Shown here piece after piece: positions 51,309-63,555 of a stretch of 64,000 nt of DNA. The notes beneath the pieces are model-generated. The model worked only from the letters and a program-made list of their open reading frames with translations, was not told the origin of the DNA and did no database searches. The stretch is from NCBI GenBank assembly GCA_964016885.1, contig OZ024756.1:16864001-16928000 (forward strand). Direction: 5' to 3'. Each line of letters opens with the position of its first letter. The first letter of the stretch is position 1. Source of the stretch: Eledone cirrhosa (taxonomy: Eukaryota). Both the position numbers and the translations under genes were made by a program.

Positions 51309-51744
51309 CTGAAGAAATGCAATATTTGATGTATTGCTAGTGAATGGGCAAAATAATAATATTATTATGCAACCAGCACTATGTAGACTTATATTGTATT
51401 GAAACATATGTTAAAGAATGAACTTTTGATAAAATTCTTCACTTTTTTTCTATACTTCATGCCTAGTGGTTGTTTTTCCTATACATCTAAAAATATTATT
51501 ACTCCATGATCTTCCACCTGGATATTATAATCTGATCCCTCTTATTGGACTATTACGTAACCTATAAGGACCATGTTGAGAAAAATACTTTGTTAAGTAA
51601 ACTTACTTGATTTATTTTTGTTTGTACACTTATCTACACAAACAAACTTTACTTGTACATTTATTCATATATATAGTATATACATAGTATATACATACTA
51701 ACTGCAAACTGTAGTAGAAGTTTGACTATATATATATATATATA

Positions 51745-51937
51745 ATAATAATAATTGTTTCTACTTTAGGCACAAGGCCAGCAATTACCCAGTGCATTAC
51801 TGGTACTTTTTATTTTATCGACCCCGTAAGGATGAAAGGCAAAGTCAACCTCGGCGGGATTTGAACTCAGATCGTAAAGGGACGTAACTATGCTGGAAAG
51901 CATGGCGTCCGACCCTCTACCGATACTGCCAATCCAT
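51745..51937 (-). mobile_element. SINE family A at the tail of CR1b
   Basis: Full copy abutting an (AAT)n tract. Confidence 0.88.
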
Positions 51938-51939
51938 TA

Positions 51940-52565
51940 TAATAATAATAATAATAATAATGAGATTATTGTGTAAAGTGCTCAGGTGCACTACAACTCG
52001 TCAAAGGTGTATGTATAGTACATAGAATAATACACAAATGTCAGGGAAGTGAATAGTGCATGAGTCATGGTATACATGTGTGTATGTGTATGGAGGGGGA
52101 ACATTAGATGTAGTGTTGGCGAATCTCAGGAAGTATGGAGGCCTTAAAGGATGCAGTGTCTCGACAGCTAACAACTGATGCAGGTAGTTTGTTCCATGCT
52201 TCAGCAACTCTGAGCGTGAAAAAATGTTTCCGAAAGTCATGGGAACTGTGCTGTTTTCTGACTTTGTGGGCATGCCCACGTGTGTTAGACACATGGAAAT
52301 CAAAAAGATACTCAGGGTTGTTGTTGGCAAGATGGTTAACAATTTTGTGGGTGTTTACCAAGTCAGTTGCCAGGCGTCGGAGCTTCAATGTATCCATGCC
52401 CAGGGAAGCAAGGCGCTCAGAGTATGGTAGATGCCTGATGGAGGGTATTCGCTTGGTTGCACGTCTCTGAACAGTTTCCAGGCGGTCAATGTTCTGAGCA
52501 AGATAGGGGTTCCAGACTGGTGATGCAAATTCTAAGTGTGGCCGCACCATAGCCATGTACAGCCT

Positions 52566-52567
<2 letters not shown>
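51940..52567 (-). mobile_element. 5'-truncated CR1b LINE
   Basis: MVRPHLEFASPVWNPY...LETVQRRATK...YSERL...FFTLRVAEAWNKLP. Confidence 0.9.
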
Positions 52568-52608
<41 letters not shown>

Positions 52609-53049
52609 TAACTGGAGACTGTAGTAGAAGTTTAGTTGTTTTAGTACATTCTTTGTCTGGCAACAGCTGGTACAGATGTGAAACAATGTGACTGCACAAG
52701 AATATATATCTCTTGTAATTTCACACATCATATATTGATTAATACCAACAGTATATAGACATATTGAAATGACACTCATCTATCTGTCTGCCTCTACTTA
52801 TCAATCTATTTATATATCTCAATCTATCTATTTATCTACCTCTGCCTATTTATGTATCTATCTATCTATCTACCTATATCAATCTATCAATCTATTTATC
52901 TACCTCTATCTACCTATCTATTAATCTATTGATCAATTCAATCTATCAATCTAATGATTTATCTATCCATCTGTCAGACTGCCTGTATATATATATATAT
53001 ATATAATGAAAAATTTGAACAGAGACAGAACAGAGAGGCAGTACAATAA

Positions 53050-53130
53050 ATGTTTATTAAATTCACGCTCAGGAGAGTGGGGGGTAGGTGGGGGACGACG
53101 TTTCGGGCATAAACCCTTCCTCAGGTGAGA
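53050..53130 (-). ncRNA. Minimal hammerhead motif with downstream AATAAA (Penelope-type pLTR, about 53005-53295)
   Basis: Minus strand reads CTGAGGA-AGGGTTTATGCCC-GAAAC-GTCGTC; AATAAA about 40 nt downstream. Confidence 0.65.
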
Positions 53131-53438
53131 AGTGTGTGGGAACAGAGTTCAAAAGGTGTGTAGGGGAGTGGTGGAGAGACTTATAGCGAAAGGAAACGGT
53201 GCGAATGAAAAATTAACAAATAAAGACAAAAAATATAAAAAATAAAAATAAAGCATGATCAAAATACAAGGAATGAGAAAATTTAAAAATAAAGGCATAT
53301 GTATATATATATATCATCATCATCACTGTTTTATGTCAAAGGGGTGTGGTCAATGCTTGCATGTGTGTGTGTGTATATATATATATATCATCATCATCAT
53401 CACTGTTTTATGTCAAAGGGGTGTGGTCAATGCTTGCA

Positions 53439-53467
<29 letters not shown>

Positions 53468-53469
<2 letters not shown>

Positions 53470-53578
53470 GACGAGGGACCGTGACGAGTGGAGAGATGCT
53501 GTGCTGAATAAGACCCGTTCCACCTTTGCAAGCAGGGAAAAGCGGACGTAAAATGATGATGATGATGATGATGATGAT
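53468..53578 (+). mobile_element. 3' tip of a second RTE family (RTE-2)
   Basis: Encodes MTRDRDEWRDAVLNKTRSTFASREKRT*, then (GAT)n. Confidence 0.75.
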
Positions 53579-53584
53579 AAGCAA

Positions 53585-54004
53585 AGAGATGTTAAATTGG
53601 TTGGTAATTCAACAAATATATTTATAACAGATTCGAAGCACTCGACAAGTTTTCTGGAGTATAATATCAATGATATTAATAAATGGAAACTATATTTATA
53701 AAACCATATTTATTCTATTATATATATTTCAAGGGTACCGAAACTTTGGTACGCTATCATCAGATAAAATACAAAATTTGTTTTATAAATAGTGACATAC
53801 CCAGGAATCAGACCGTAACAGTTCAGGTTCCGTTTGGATAGTATTTTATCTGATGAGAGTGTACCAAAGTTTCGGTACCCTTGAAATATATATAATAGAA
53901 TAAATATGGTTTTATAAATATAGTTTCCATTTATTAATATCATTGATATTATACTCCAGAAAACTTGTCGAGTGCTTCGAATCTGTTATAAATATATTTG
54001 TTGA
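53585..54004. mobile_element. Fold-back element with arms of about 165 bp, each carrying an outward-facing hammerhead motif
   Basis: Arms 53609-53772 and 53841-54004; CTGATGA at 53850 (+) and 53757-53763 (-), stem GTACC/GGTAC, then GAAA-TATATATA. Confidence 0.8.
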
Positions 54005-54358
54005 GCAAGACACTTTATTTCACATTGCTCCAGTTTACTCAGCTGTAGAAATGAGATGCTAGGACTGGGGTCCCTATCATTCCACTGCAAAGTGGTCGTG
54101 GAGGTGCCACGGCAAAAAAATCACCCAGCCTACACTGTAAAGTGGACGTGTAGGCACCACGGGAAAAAAAGCACCCAGCACTCACTGTAAATGAGGTTGG
54201 TGTTAGGAAGGGCATCCAGCTGTAGAAATCAAGCCAGAATCAGTTCCCATATGAGCAATACAAGGTCAGCCGACCAGACACTGCCCACAACAGGACAACC
54301 CGTCTAACCGATGCTAGCGTGGAAGAACGGACGTAAAACGGTGATGATGATGATGATG

Positions 54359-54360
<2 letters not shown>
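54001..54360 (+). mobile_element. Chimeric SINE B ending in the RTE-1 terminus
   Basis: SINE body up to ATCAGTTCCC, then ATGAGCAA..GGTCAGCCGACCAGAC..GGAAGAACGGACGTAAAACGGTGATG. Confidence 0.8.
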
Positions 54361-54390
<30 letters not shown>

Positions 54391-54639
54391 AATGGCGACT
54401 TAGTAATAAAGGTAAGACCCCCCTTTGGTCATGAATGGTCAGGATTTGCACCTAGAAAGTTCCCTTCCGAGGCACAATTTTGGGCAAGGTGTGTTTGTGG
54501 AAGACCATGGGCTACCTTGCAAATACATCCTCAGACAACAAGGACAATTTCAGGCTAAAATGCAAGACTCATAAAAGTGCCTAGGTGCCACCAGGATGCC
54601 TGAGTTCATCACTGATGGCCTCTTCCTTGGTACCAATGG

Positions 54640-55122
54640 CTACATGTAGCTCCTGGACAAGCACATCAATCTTTGGACAGATAAGGTGACTAATGGGAGG
54701 CCCTACGTCTTTCAAAAGGACTCCGCCCCTGTTCACAAGGCCAGGACTACCCAGAGTTGGCTCTTTGCCAATGCACCCCTGGTCACCCAACGTATGACCC
54801 CCCCCCCCCCACTCTCACCTCACTCATCACCAGACTGTAATCCTCATGACTATTTTGTGTGGGGCATTATGGAGTGGCCCTACAACACCAAGGAGGCTCT
54901 CAAGGCAGCCATCAGGGATGCCATGGCCAACATGGACAGGGACACTGTCACCAAGGTCTGCTCCAGCTTCGGGTCCTGCCTGGAGAAAGTGGTGGCCACA
55001 TCCAGTGATCTTTGTACCTTATATATGTGCCTAACTGTGAATAAAGTTTCATTGAAATATTTGTTATATAAAAATTTTTTTTTATTATCCATTAATTTTT
55101 TCTGGATTTTTTCTGTGAAACA

Positions 55123-55126
<4 letters not shown>
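54640..55126 (+). pseudogene. Tc1/mariner (maT/DD37D-like) transposase C-terminal remnant with probable right end
   Basis: YVFQKDSAPVHKARTTQSWL...SPDCNPHDYFVWG...NTKEALKAAI; ends ...GTGAAACACTG. Confidence 0.8.
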
Positions 55127-55174
<48 letters not shown>

Positions 55175-55175
55175 G

Positions 55176-55523
55176 TGGAGGCACATGGCTTAGTGGTTAG
55201 AGCATTGGCCTTGCAATCGAAAGGTTGTGAGTTCAATTCTCAGACCGGGTGATGTGTTGTTTCCTTGAGCAAGGCACTTTATTTCACATTGCTCCAGTTT
55301 ACTCAGCTGTAGAAATGAGATGATAGGGACTGGGGTCACTATCATTTCACTGCAAAGTGGTCGTGGAGGTGCCACGGCAAAAAAAAGCACCCAGCACTCA
55401 CTGTAAATGAGGTTGGTGTTAGGAAGGGCATCCAGCTGTAGAAATCAAGCCAGAATCAGTTCCCGTCCCACCCTTGCAAGCAGGGAAAAGTGGACGTAAA
55501 ATGAAATGATGATGATGATGATG

Positions 55524-55525
<2 letters not shown>
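55176..55525 (+). mobile_element. Full-length SINE family B
   Basis: GGAGGCACATGGCTTAGTGGTTAGAGC head, CORE segment, RTE tail, (GAT)n. Confidence 0.88.
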
Positions 55526-55554
<29 letters not shown>

Positions 55555-55622
55555 TATATATATGTGTGTGTATATATATATAAATAAATACATATATGTA
55601 TATATATATGTATATGTGTGTG

Positions 55623-55675
<53 letters not shown>

Positions 55676-55736
55676 GTGTGTGTGTATATATATATATATA
55701 TGTGTGTGTGTATATATATGTGTATATATATATATA

Positions 55737-55809
<73 letters not shown>

Positions 55810-55964
55810 GTGTGTGTATATATATATATATATATAAATATATATATATATGTGTGTGTATATATATATATATATAAATAAATACATAATATGTATATAT
55901 ATGTGTATGTGTGCGTATATATATGTGTGTATATATATATATATATGGGTGTGTGTGTATATAT

Positions 55965-56215
55965 GTGTAGGCGCCTCGGAAAAAGCACCCAGCACTCACT
56001 GTAAAGTGGACGTGTAGGCGCCTCGGAAAAAGCACCCAGCACTCACTGTAAATGAGGTTGGTGTTAGGAAGGGCATCCAGCTGTAGAAATCAAGCCAAAT
56101 CAGTTCCTGTATGAGCAAGGCATGGTCAGCCGACCAGACACTGCCCACAACAGGACAACCCGTCTAACCCATGCTAGCGTGGAAGAACGGACGTAAAACG
56201 GTGATGATGATGATA
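55965..56215 (+). mobile_element. RTE-1 3'UTR fragment
   Basis: Matches about 4472-4670 with a small internal duplication. Confidence 0.85.
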
Positions 56216-56284
56216 TACATAAACAAAATCAGAATTTGGTTTCTCGCTCTTACACAGCTGAATACATAAATGAGTTTTATATCG

Positions 56285-56484
56285 AATAATAATAATTGTT
56301 TCTACTTTTGTCACAAGGCCAGCAATTATTCCAGTGTATTACTGGTACTTTATTTTATCGACCCCGTAAGGATGAAAGGTAAAGTTAACCTCGGTGGGAT
56401 TTGAACTCAGATCATAAAGGGCCGTAACTCTTTGCTGCAAAGCATGGCGTCCAACCCTCTACCGATACTGCCAATCCACCGCCC
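56285..56484 (-). mobile_element. SINE family A with target-site duplication
   Basis: Flanked on both sides by TATCGAATAATAATAAT. Confidence 0.9.
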
Positions 56485-56863
56485 TTTATCGAATAATAAT
56501 AATAATATTTGATTTGTTTGCGAGCAAACAGCCTTACTACGCTATGTTTTTTAGATGACCACTTTCATCCTTTTCTTCTAGCAGTGGCATGGAAAAATAA
56601 TCAACAATATTGCCCTTTGTCAAGATTTGTATCTCTTGAAATTATGATATTTCCTAAAGTATAGATCGGTTGGTTAGCCTTATTTGCATACCGAGTGGTT
56701 TTATGGCTGACTTTACCTAAAATTAAAAACAGAATTAGAATTTGGTTTCTTGGTGGATTATTGGTTTATCAGTGTATTGATATACCTTATCCTTTCATTG
56801 AGATGCTTAGGTATTAGAGACAGTTACTTTATAAGGTTGTAAAGTAAATATATATATATATGA

Positions 56864-56909
<46 letters not shown>

Positions 56910-57139
56910 ATATATATATATATATATGATGATATATATATATGATGATATATATATATATATATGATGATATATATATATCATCATATATATATATGAT
57001 GATATATATATATATAATGATATATATATATATGATGATATATATATATATATATGATGATATATATATATCATCATATATATATATGATGATATATATA
57101 TATATATATATATATATGGTGATATATATATATATATAT

Positions 57140-57560
57140 ATTTATTAAAATAATAGATTAAAGTTTAAGCAAAGAATCGCTGCTTTCACCCTTAACGGGA
57201 TCTTCTGAAACTAACAAAGTCAATCTGTAAACGCAGAAGTGGATATTTCAAAAAACGTTGCAACCGGAGGAAGACAGGAAGACGATACTTTGGTTCGTGG
57301 ACACGTTCCCTGGCAAAGAACGGGAAAAAACGAATATAATACGTCATTAATAGGAGCAGTGAAAAACAATTACACGCAAAGACAGAACCACGTTAATGGT
57401 ATAAAAGAAGCCGTAGACTAATGTTCTCTTAGGTGGTTCATAGAGACGTTCTCTGGCAATGAATGGAAAAAACGAAGATAATACGTCATATGTGGAGTGT
57501 GGAGAACAATTGCACGCAAAGACAAAACCAGCTGAAGTCATAGACTAAAATTCTAACTAG
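57140..57560 (-). mobile_element. Possible Penelope-type pLTR remnant with an internal duplication of about 145 bp
   Basis: Minus strand CAGAAGA-TCCCGTTAAGGGT-GAAAGC (degenerate hammerhead core); ACGTT..CTGGCAA..GAA..GGAAAAAACGAA.ATAATACGTCAT occurs twice. Confidence 0.35.
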
Positions 57561-58434
57561 GAAACCAAAAGAATCTCCACTTCAGAGTTAAGAATAAAGT
57601 AAAAAAATACAATATATCACTGATGAGGGACTAATTTTATAATATGTAATCCATGTGCAACCATGCAGTATTCTTCTCCCCTTGTTTTTCATATATATAT
57701 ATATATATATATATACACACTGTAAACCCTCACACATCATCCCCACAAACTCTCATATCACCAAATATCCCAGTCACAATCTCTCACACCTTACTACAAC
57801 CTCCCACATTCTCCCACAGCGTCCTTCATCCCACAATCCATACCCCACACATCCTCCTACAACATCCCGCATATCACACCCACCCACATACAACCCCCAC
57901 CCACATCCGACACACAACCTCCCAGAGACCCAACACATTCTGTCAATCTTTCTGATTATTCAGCTTATCACCAGCCATAATCCATTTATCATGAACAAAA
58001 TTAAAATTATCTAAATATCACCTTAATGAGGAGCATTTAATTAGATGAAACAAAACATAGTGCCTACACTTTTATATACTACTACTACTACAGCACCATC
58101 TACTACTACTGCTACCACTACCTCTACAACCACCACCACTACTACCACCCCCACTACCACTACTACTACTACTACCACCACCACCATCACCACCACCACT
58201 ACTACTACTACAATTACTATTACTACCACCACTACTATAACAACTACAACTACACTGGACAACTTAGAGTTTATTGGCAGATTGTTATTAATAGCAATGG
58301 AGACTAAATCATTCCAATTGACTGAATGGTGGAAAGAAAGTCAATTTGTGCTTATAATATATCTTGGTCTATCTCTTAGTATATATCTCCACTAATAATT
58401 AGAACATGGTCTTTGCGGGGTAGAGGGGTTTATG

Positions 58435-59360
58435 GAGGTGCCTGGCCTAGTGGAAACAGTGTTGGACTTACGATCTTAATGTCACTGGTTCGATTCCTGG
58501 GCTGGGTTGTGTGTTGTGTTCTTGAGCAAAACACTTCATTACATATTGCCCCAGTATACTCAGTAGAGGTGCATGGCCTAGTGGTAAGGGTGTTGGACTT
58601 ACGATCATAATGTCATCAGTTTGATTCCCGATCTGGGTTGTGTGTTGTGTTCTTGAGCAAAACACTTCATTACACATTGTCCCAGTATACTCAGTAGAGG
58701 TGCATGGCCTAGTGGTAAGGGTGTTGGACTTACGATCATAATGTCATCAGTTTGATTCCTGATCTGGGTTGTGTGTTGTGTTCTTGAGCAAAACACTTCA
58801 TTACACATTGTTCCAGTATACTCAGTAGAGGTGCATGGCCGAGTGGTAAGGGTGTTGGACTTACGATCATAATGTCATCAGTTTGATTCCCGATCTGGGT
58901 TGTGTGTTGTGTTCTTGAGCAAAACACTTCATTACACATTGTTCCAGTATACTCAGTAGAGGTGCATGGCCGAGTGGTAAGGGTGTTGGACTTACGATCA
59001 TAATGTCATCAGTTTGATTCCCGATCTGGGTTGTGTCTTGTGTTCTTGAGCAAAACACTTCATTACACATTGTTCCAGTATACTCAGTAGAGGTGCATGG
59101 CCGAGTGGTAGGGGTGTTGGACTTACGATCATAATGTCATCAGTTTGATTCCCGATCTGGGTTGTGTGTTGTGTTCTTGAGCAAAACACTTCATTACACA
59201 TTGTTCCAGTATACTCAGTAGAGGTGCATGGCCGAGTGGTAAGGGTGTTGGACTTACGATCATAATGTCATCAGTTTGATTCCCGATCTGGGTTGTGTGT
59301 TGTGTTCTTGAGCAAAACACTTCATTACACATTGTCCCAGTATACTCAGCTGAAAATGAG
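58435..59360 (+). repeat. Seven-copy 131-bp tandem array of a SINE tRNA head plus CORE segment
   Basis: Units start at about 58435, 58566, 58697, 58828, 58959, 59090 and 59221; box A TGGCC(T/G)AGTGG, box B-like GTT(C/T)GATTCC. Confidence 0.92.
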
Positions 59361-59902
59361 TACCAGCTTTAGTGTAAAAGCTGGATATAATAAATAAATG
59401 AATGACCTTGACAACTATGTTAAGGAGTACACGTGTTAGTGGAATGTTGAACCAATTGCAATGATCGTCAGAAACTGATGGAGGTCCAACTCATAGAGAT
59501 GAAGTTTTAGGGCAACACAGCTCAATCAGATGACAACAATCTCATTAACAGCAATTAAAACTGAGCCACCACCATCATCATTCTTTTAATTCACAGTTCT
59601 ATAGGTTGGATGAGATGTTTTGGGGTAGTTTTTTCCAACAACCAGATGCTCTTCCTGATGCCAACCAATATTTTATTTTTAGTCATGGCACTGCTCATCT
59701 TTGTTGAACTGTTATACTGCAAGACACATTGTTTATGCTAAACACAAACAAATGTCACTGCTTGCTTATTTTATACAAAGATACCATGCAGAAATACACA
59801 TACACACACAATCATCATCCTCATAATAATAACATCTGCTTTCCCTGCTAGCAAGGTTTGAAAGCTTAAATGTTAAAGGCTCCTTGCTATTTCATATGTT
59901 AA

Positions 59903-59937
<35 letters not shown>

Positions 59938-60289
59938 ATATAAATATATATATACACATATACACACACATGTATATATGATAGGCTCCCTTTACCACAA
60001 TCTCCATTCATCAAATCCACCCACCAAGCATCAGTTGCCTTAACCCTTTTGATACCAACCCATGCAAAACCAGCTCTGGTTCTATGATACAAAACCATCC
60101 GTTTTAAAGGGTTCTTATTTAAATTTAAATCTTCCAACATAATTTTATATAAGAACCATATGTTAATTTACTATCTCAATAATGAAATAATTAATCATTT
60201 TAAAATCCCTCAAAATTCTTCATTAATTAATTGAAATAGAGTGTTATTTCATTAGAAATACAATCAGGTGATTTAAGTCTACAGTAGAG

Positions 60290-60620
60290 AGGTAAAGACC
60301 CCCCTTCAGTCACGAATGACCATGGGAGTTGAACCTCCAAGGCACAAGTCTGGTTAAGGTTGTTTGTGGAAGACCAGCAGTTGCCCATGTATACCAGCCT
60401 CCTCTCACGACGCCACCGATGTTGTCCAAGGGAAAGGCAAAGGCCAATACAGCATTGCACCTGTGACGTCTCAACTCATTTCTACAGCTTAGTAAACTGG
60501 AGCAACGTGAAATAAAGTGTTTTGTGCAAGAACACAACACAAAGCCCGGTCCAAGAATTGAACTCACAATCTCATGATTGTTAGCCCAACACTCTAACCA
60601 CTAGGCCACGCACCTTCACA
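60290..60620 (-). mobile_element. CORE-type SINE family C (a tail fragment also lies at about 54408-54510)
   Basis: GGTAAAGACCCCC tail, CORE segment, head GTGAAGGTGCGTGGCCTAGTGGTTAGAG on the minus strand. Confidence 0.8.
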
Positions 60621-60814
60621 CAATAGAGAACACGTGCACAAAGTACCACACAGTGGGATGGAACACTAAACCACATATTTACTAAGTGAACTTCTTAACC
60701 TCACAGCTATGATTGTATCTTGTATTGGATTTTTTATTTTAGTTCCATGTCATATAGAACCAATTGAAGACAAATTCATTTAGGAGAGATAGACATCTCT
60801 TATGCCATCACACA

Positions 60815-60842
60815 CACACTTACACACACACCACTTATGCTG

Positions 60843-60876
<34 letters not shown>

Positions 60877-60887
60877 TACTTATGCTG

Positions 60888-60922
<35 letters not shown>

Positions 60923-60966
60923 CTACTTATGCTGTCTCTCTGTCTCTCTCTCTCACACACACACAA

Positions 60967-60997
<31 letters not shown>

Positions 60998-61330
60998 AAC
61001 ACACACAACACACACACTACTTATGCTGTCTCTCTGTCTCTCTCACACACACAAACACACACACACACAATCACACACAACACACACACTACTTATGCTG
61101 TCTCTCTGTCTCTCTCACACACAAACACACACACACTACTTATGCTGTCTCTCTGTCTCTCTCACACACACACACACACACTACTTATGCTGTCTCTCTC
61201 TCACACACACACAAACACACACACACTACTTATGCTGTCTCTCTGTCTCTCTCTCTCTCACACACACAAACACACACACACTACTTATGCTGTCTCTCTC
61301 TCTCTCTCACACACAAACACACACACACAT
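60815..61330. repeat. Compound minisatellite CTACTTATGCTGT(CT)n(CA)n
   Basis: About 9 units of variable length. Confidence 0.88.
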
Positions 61331-61659
61331 ATAACTCCTCATATGCCAACTCTCTCTCACAAACATACACACACAAGCACTCACCACTTATGTCAACTCT
61401 CTCTCACACACAAACCCTCTTATACCATCTCTCTCTCCCCCACACACACACAGTTACAGACACATATACATGCACCCAAACAGACACATATATACACACA
61501 CACACATATATACATACACTCATGCAGACACACAAACACACACACAAACACACACACAAATACACACACAGAGTGAGGTATGGAAGGAAAATATAAAAAT
61601 GTTAGCTTTTAACTAAATATTGCATTATTAAAACTGAGGTGTGTGTGTGGTGTGTGTGT

Positions 61660-61751
<92 letters not shown>

Positions 61752-62709
61752 CATGGGTGTGTGTCAGAGGTGGAAAGGGGTGGAGGTGAGTCTCCATCAT
61801 CAGGAAACCTTCCAGACTCACAGATAACATCTCATCTATTGTTCTACAGAATCCTTTCGGCTACACTCAGTTAACGCATACATAACATATACCACACATA
61901 CACATACAGACAACCACACAATTACATACATATACATACACACACATACACACATATACATACACACATACATAACATATACACACACATACGCATACAC
62001 ATCCAGACAACCACACAATTACATACATATACATACACACACACATATACATACACACATACATAACATACACACACACATACGCATACACATCCAGGCA
62101 CCCACACAATTACATACATATACATACACACGTACATAGCATATACACACACATACACAACTGATGTGTGTACGTGTGTGTATATATGTGTGAATGTATA
62201 TGTGTGTATGTGTGTAATTGTGTGGGTGCCTGTATGTGTATGTGTGTGTGTATGTGTGTGTGTGTGTATGTGTGGATGTGTGTGTGTATGTGTGTACATA
62301 TGCATGTGTGTGTGTATGCATGTGTATGTGTGCATATATGTGTGTATATGTGTGTATGTGTGTACATATGCATGTGTGTATGTATGCATGTGTATGTGTG
62401 CATATATGTATGTGTGTGTATATATGTGCGTATGTGTGTACATATGCAAGTGTGTATGTATGCATGTGTGTATATGTATGTGTGTTTGTATGTATGGATA
62501 TATATGTGTGCACGTATGTGTATATGTGAGTGTATGTATGTATAATGAGTATGTGTGTATGTATGCATGTGTGTATATGTATGAGTATATTTGTGCACGT
62601 ATATGTATATGTGAGTGTATGTATAATGAGTATGTAAGTATGCATGCGTGTGTACTATTGCTGTAAGATTTGTTCATTAGTCATATAGAGTGCATGTGAA
62701 GATATATAT

Positions 62710-63555
62710 ATCATCATCATCATCACCGTTTTACGTCCGTTCTTCCACGCTAGCATGGGTTAGAAGAGTTGTCCTGTTGTGGGCAGTGTCTGGTCGGCTG
62801 ACCATGCCTTGCTCATACAGGAACTGATTTGGCTTTATTTCTACAGCTGGATGCCCTTCCTAACACCAACCTCATTTACAGTGAGTGCTGGGTGCTTTTT
62901 CGTGGCACCTACACGTCCACTTTACAGTGTTGGCTGGGTGCTTTTTTGCCGTGGCACCTCCACGACCACCTTGCAGTGGGAGGGTGTGGGGGCATATTGT
63001 CTATATGCTTCAGCTTGTACCCATGGGAGGTCGGGTACTCTGTATTACTGCGTGACGCCAGAGGTCACGGTCGTGTGTCATCACCTTTGAGAGGTGTAAT
63101 TGGGTAAGGTCGGCTTTTATCACCTCATCCCAGGTCATCTTGGGTCTCCCCACTCTGCGGTTTCCATCAACTTCTAGTGCTCTGCACCTTTTTATGCAGC
63201 TGTCATCCTTCACACGCATCACATGTCCATACCAATGCAACCGCCTCTCCTGCACACAGCATTTGATTCCTCTTATGCTCAGTCTCTCTCTCAATTCATT
63301 TATGCTTTGTCGTTCGCGTATATTACTATTACACATCCATCGGAGCATGCAGGCTTCGTTTCTTTCTAATCTACGTAAGTCTTCCACCTTCAGCGCCCAG
63401 GTCTCACTACCATGTAACATTGCTGTTCGGATACACGCATCGTACAGTCTGCCTTTCATTTTGAGGGAGAAGCCTTTTGCAGCGAGCAGTGGTAGTAGCT
63501 CCCTGAACTTCTTCCATCCCGTTCTTACCCTAGTTATTGTACTTTCTGAACACCC
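62710..63555 (-). mobile_element. 5'-truncated RTE-1 LINE
   Basis: GCSESTITRVRTGWKKFRELL...RRLHWYGHV...PPMGTS*; (GAT)n tail in a TA tract. Confidence 0.92.

Noticed and set aside
58435-59360. tRNA gene cluster
   Set aside because: Box A/B heads run into the SINE CORE segment; no acceptor stem or terminator is evident.
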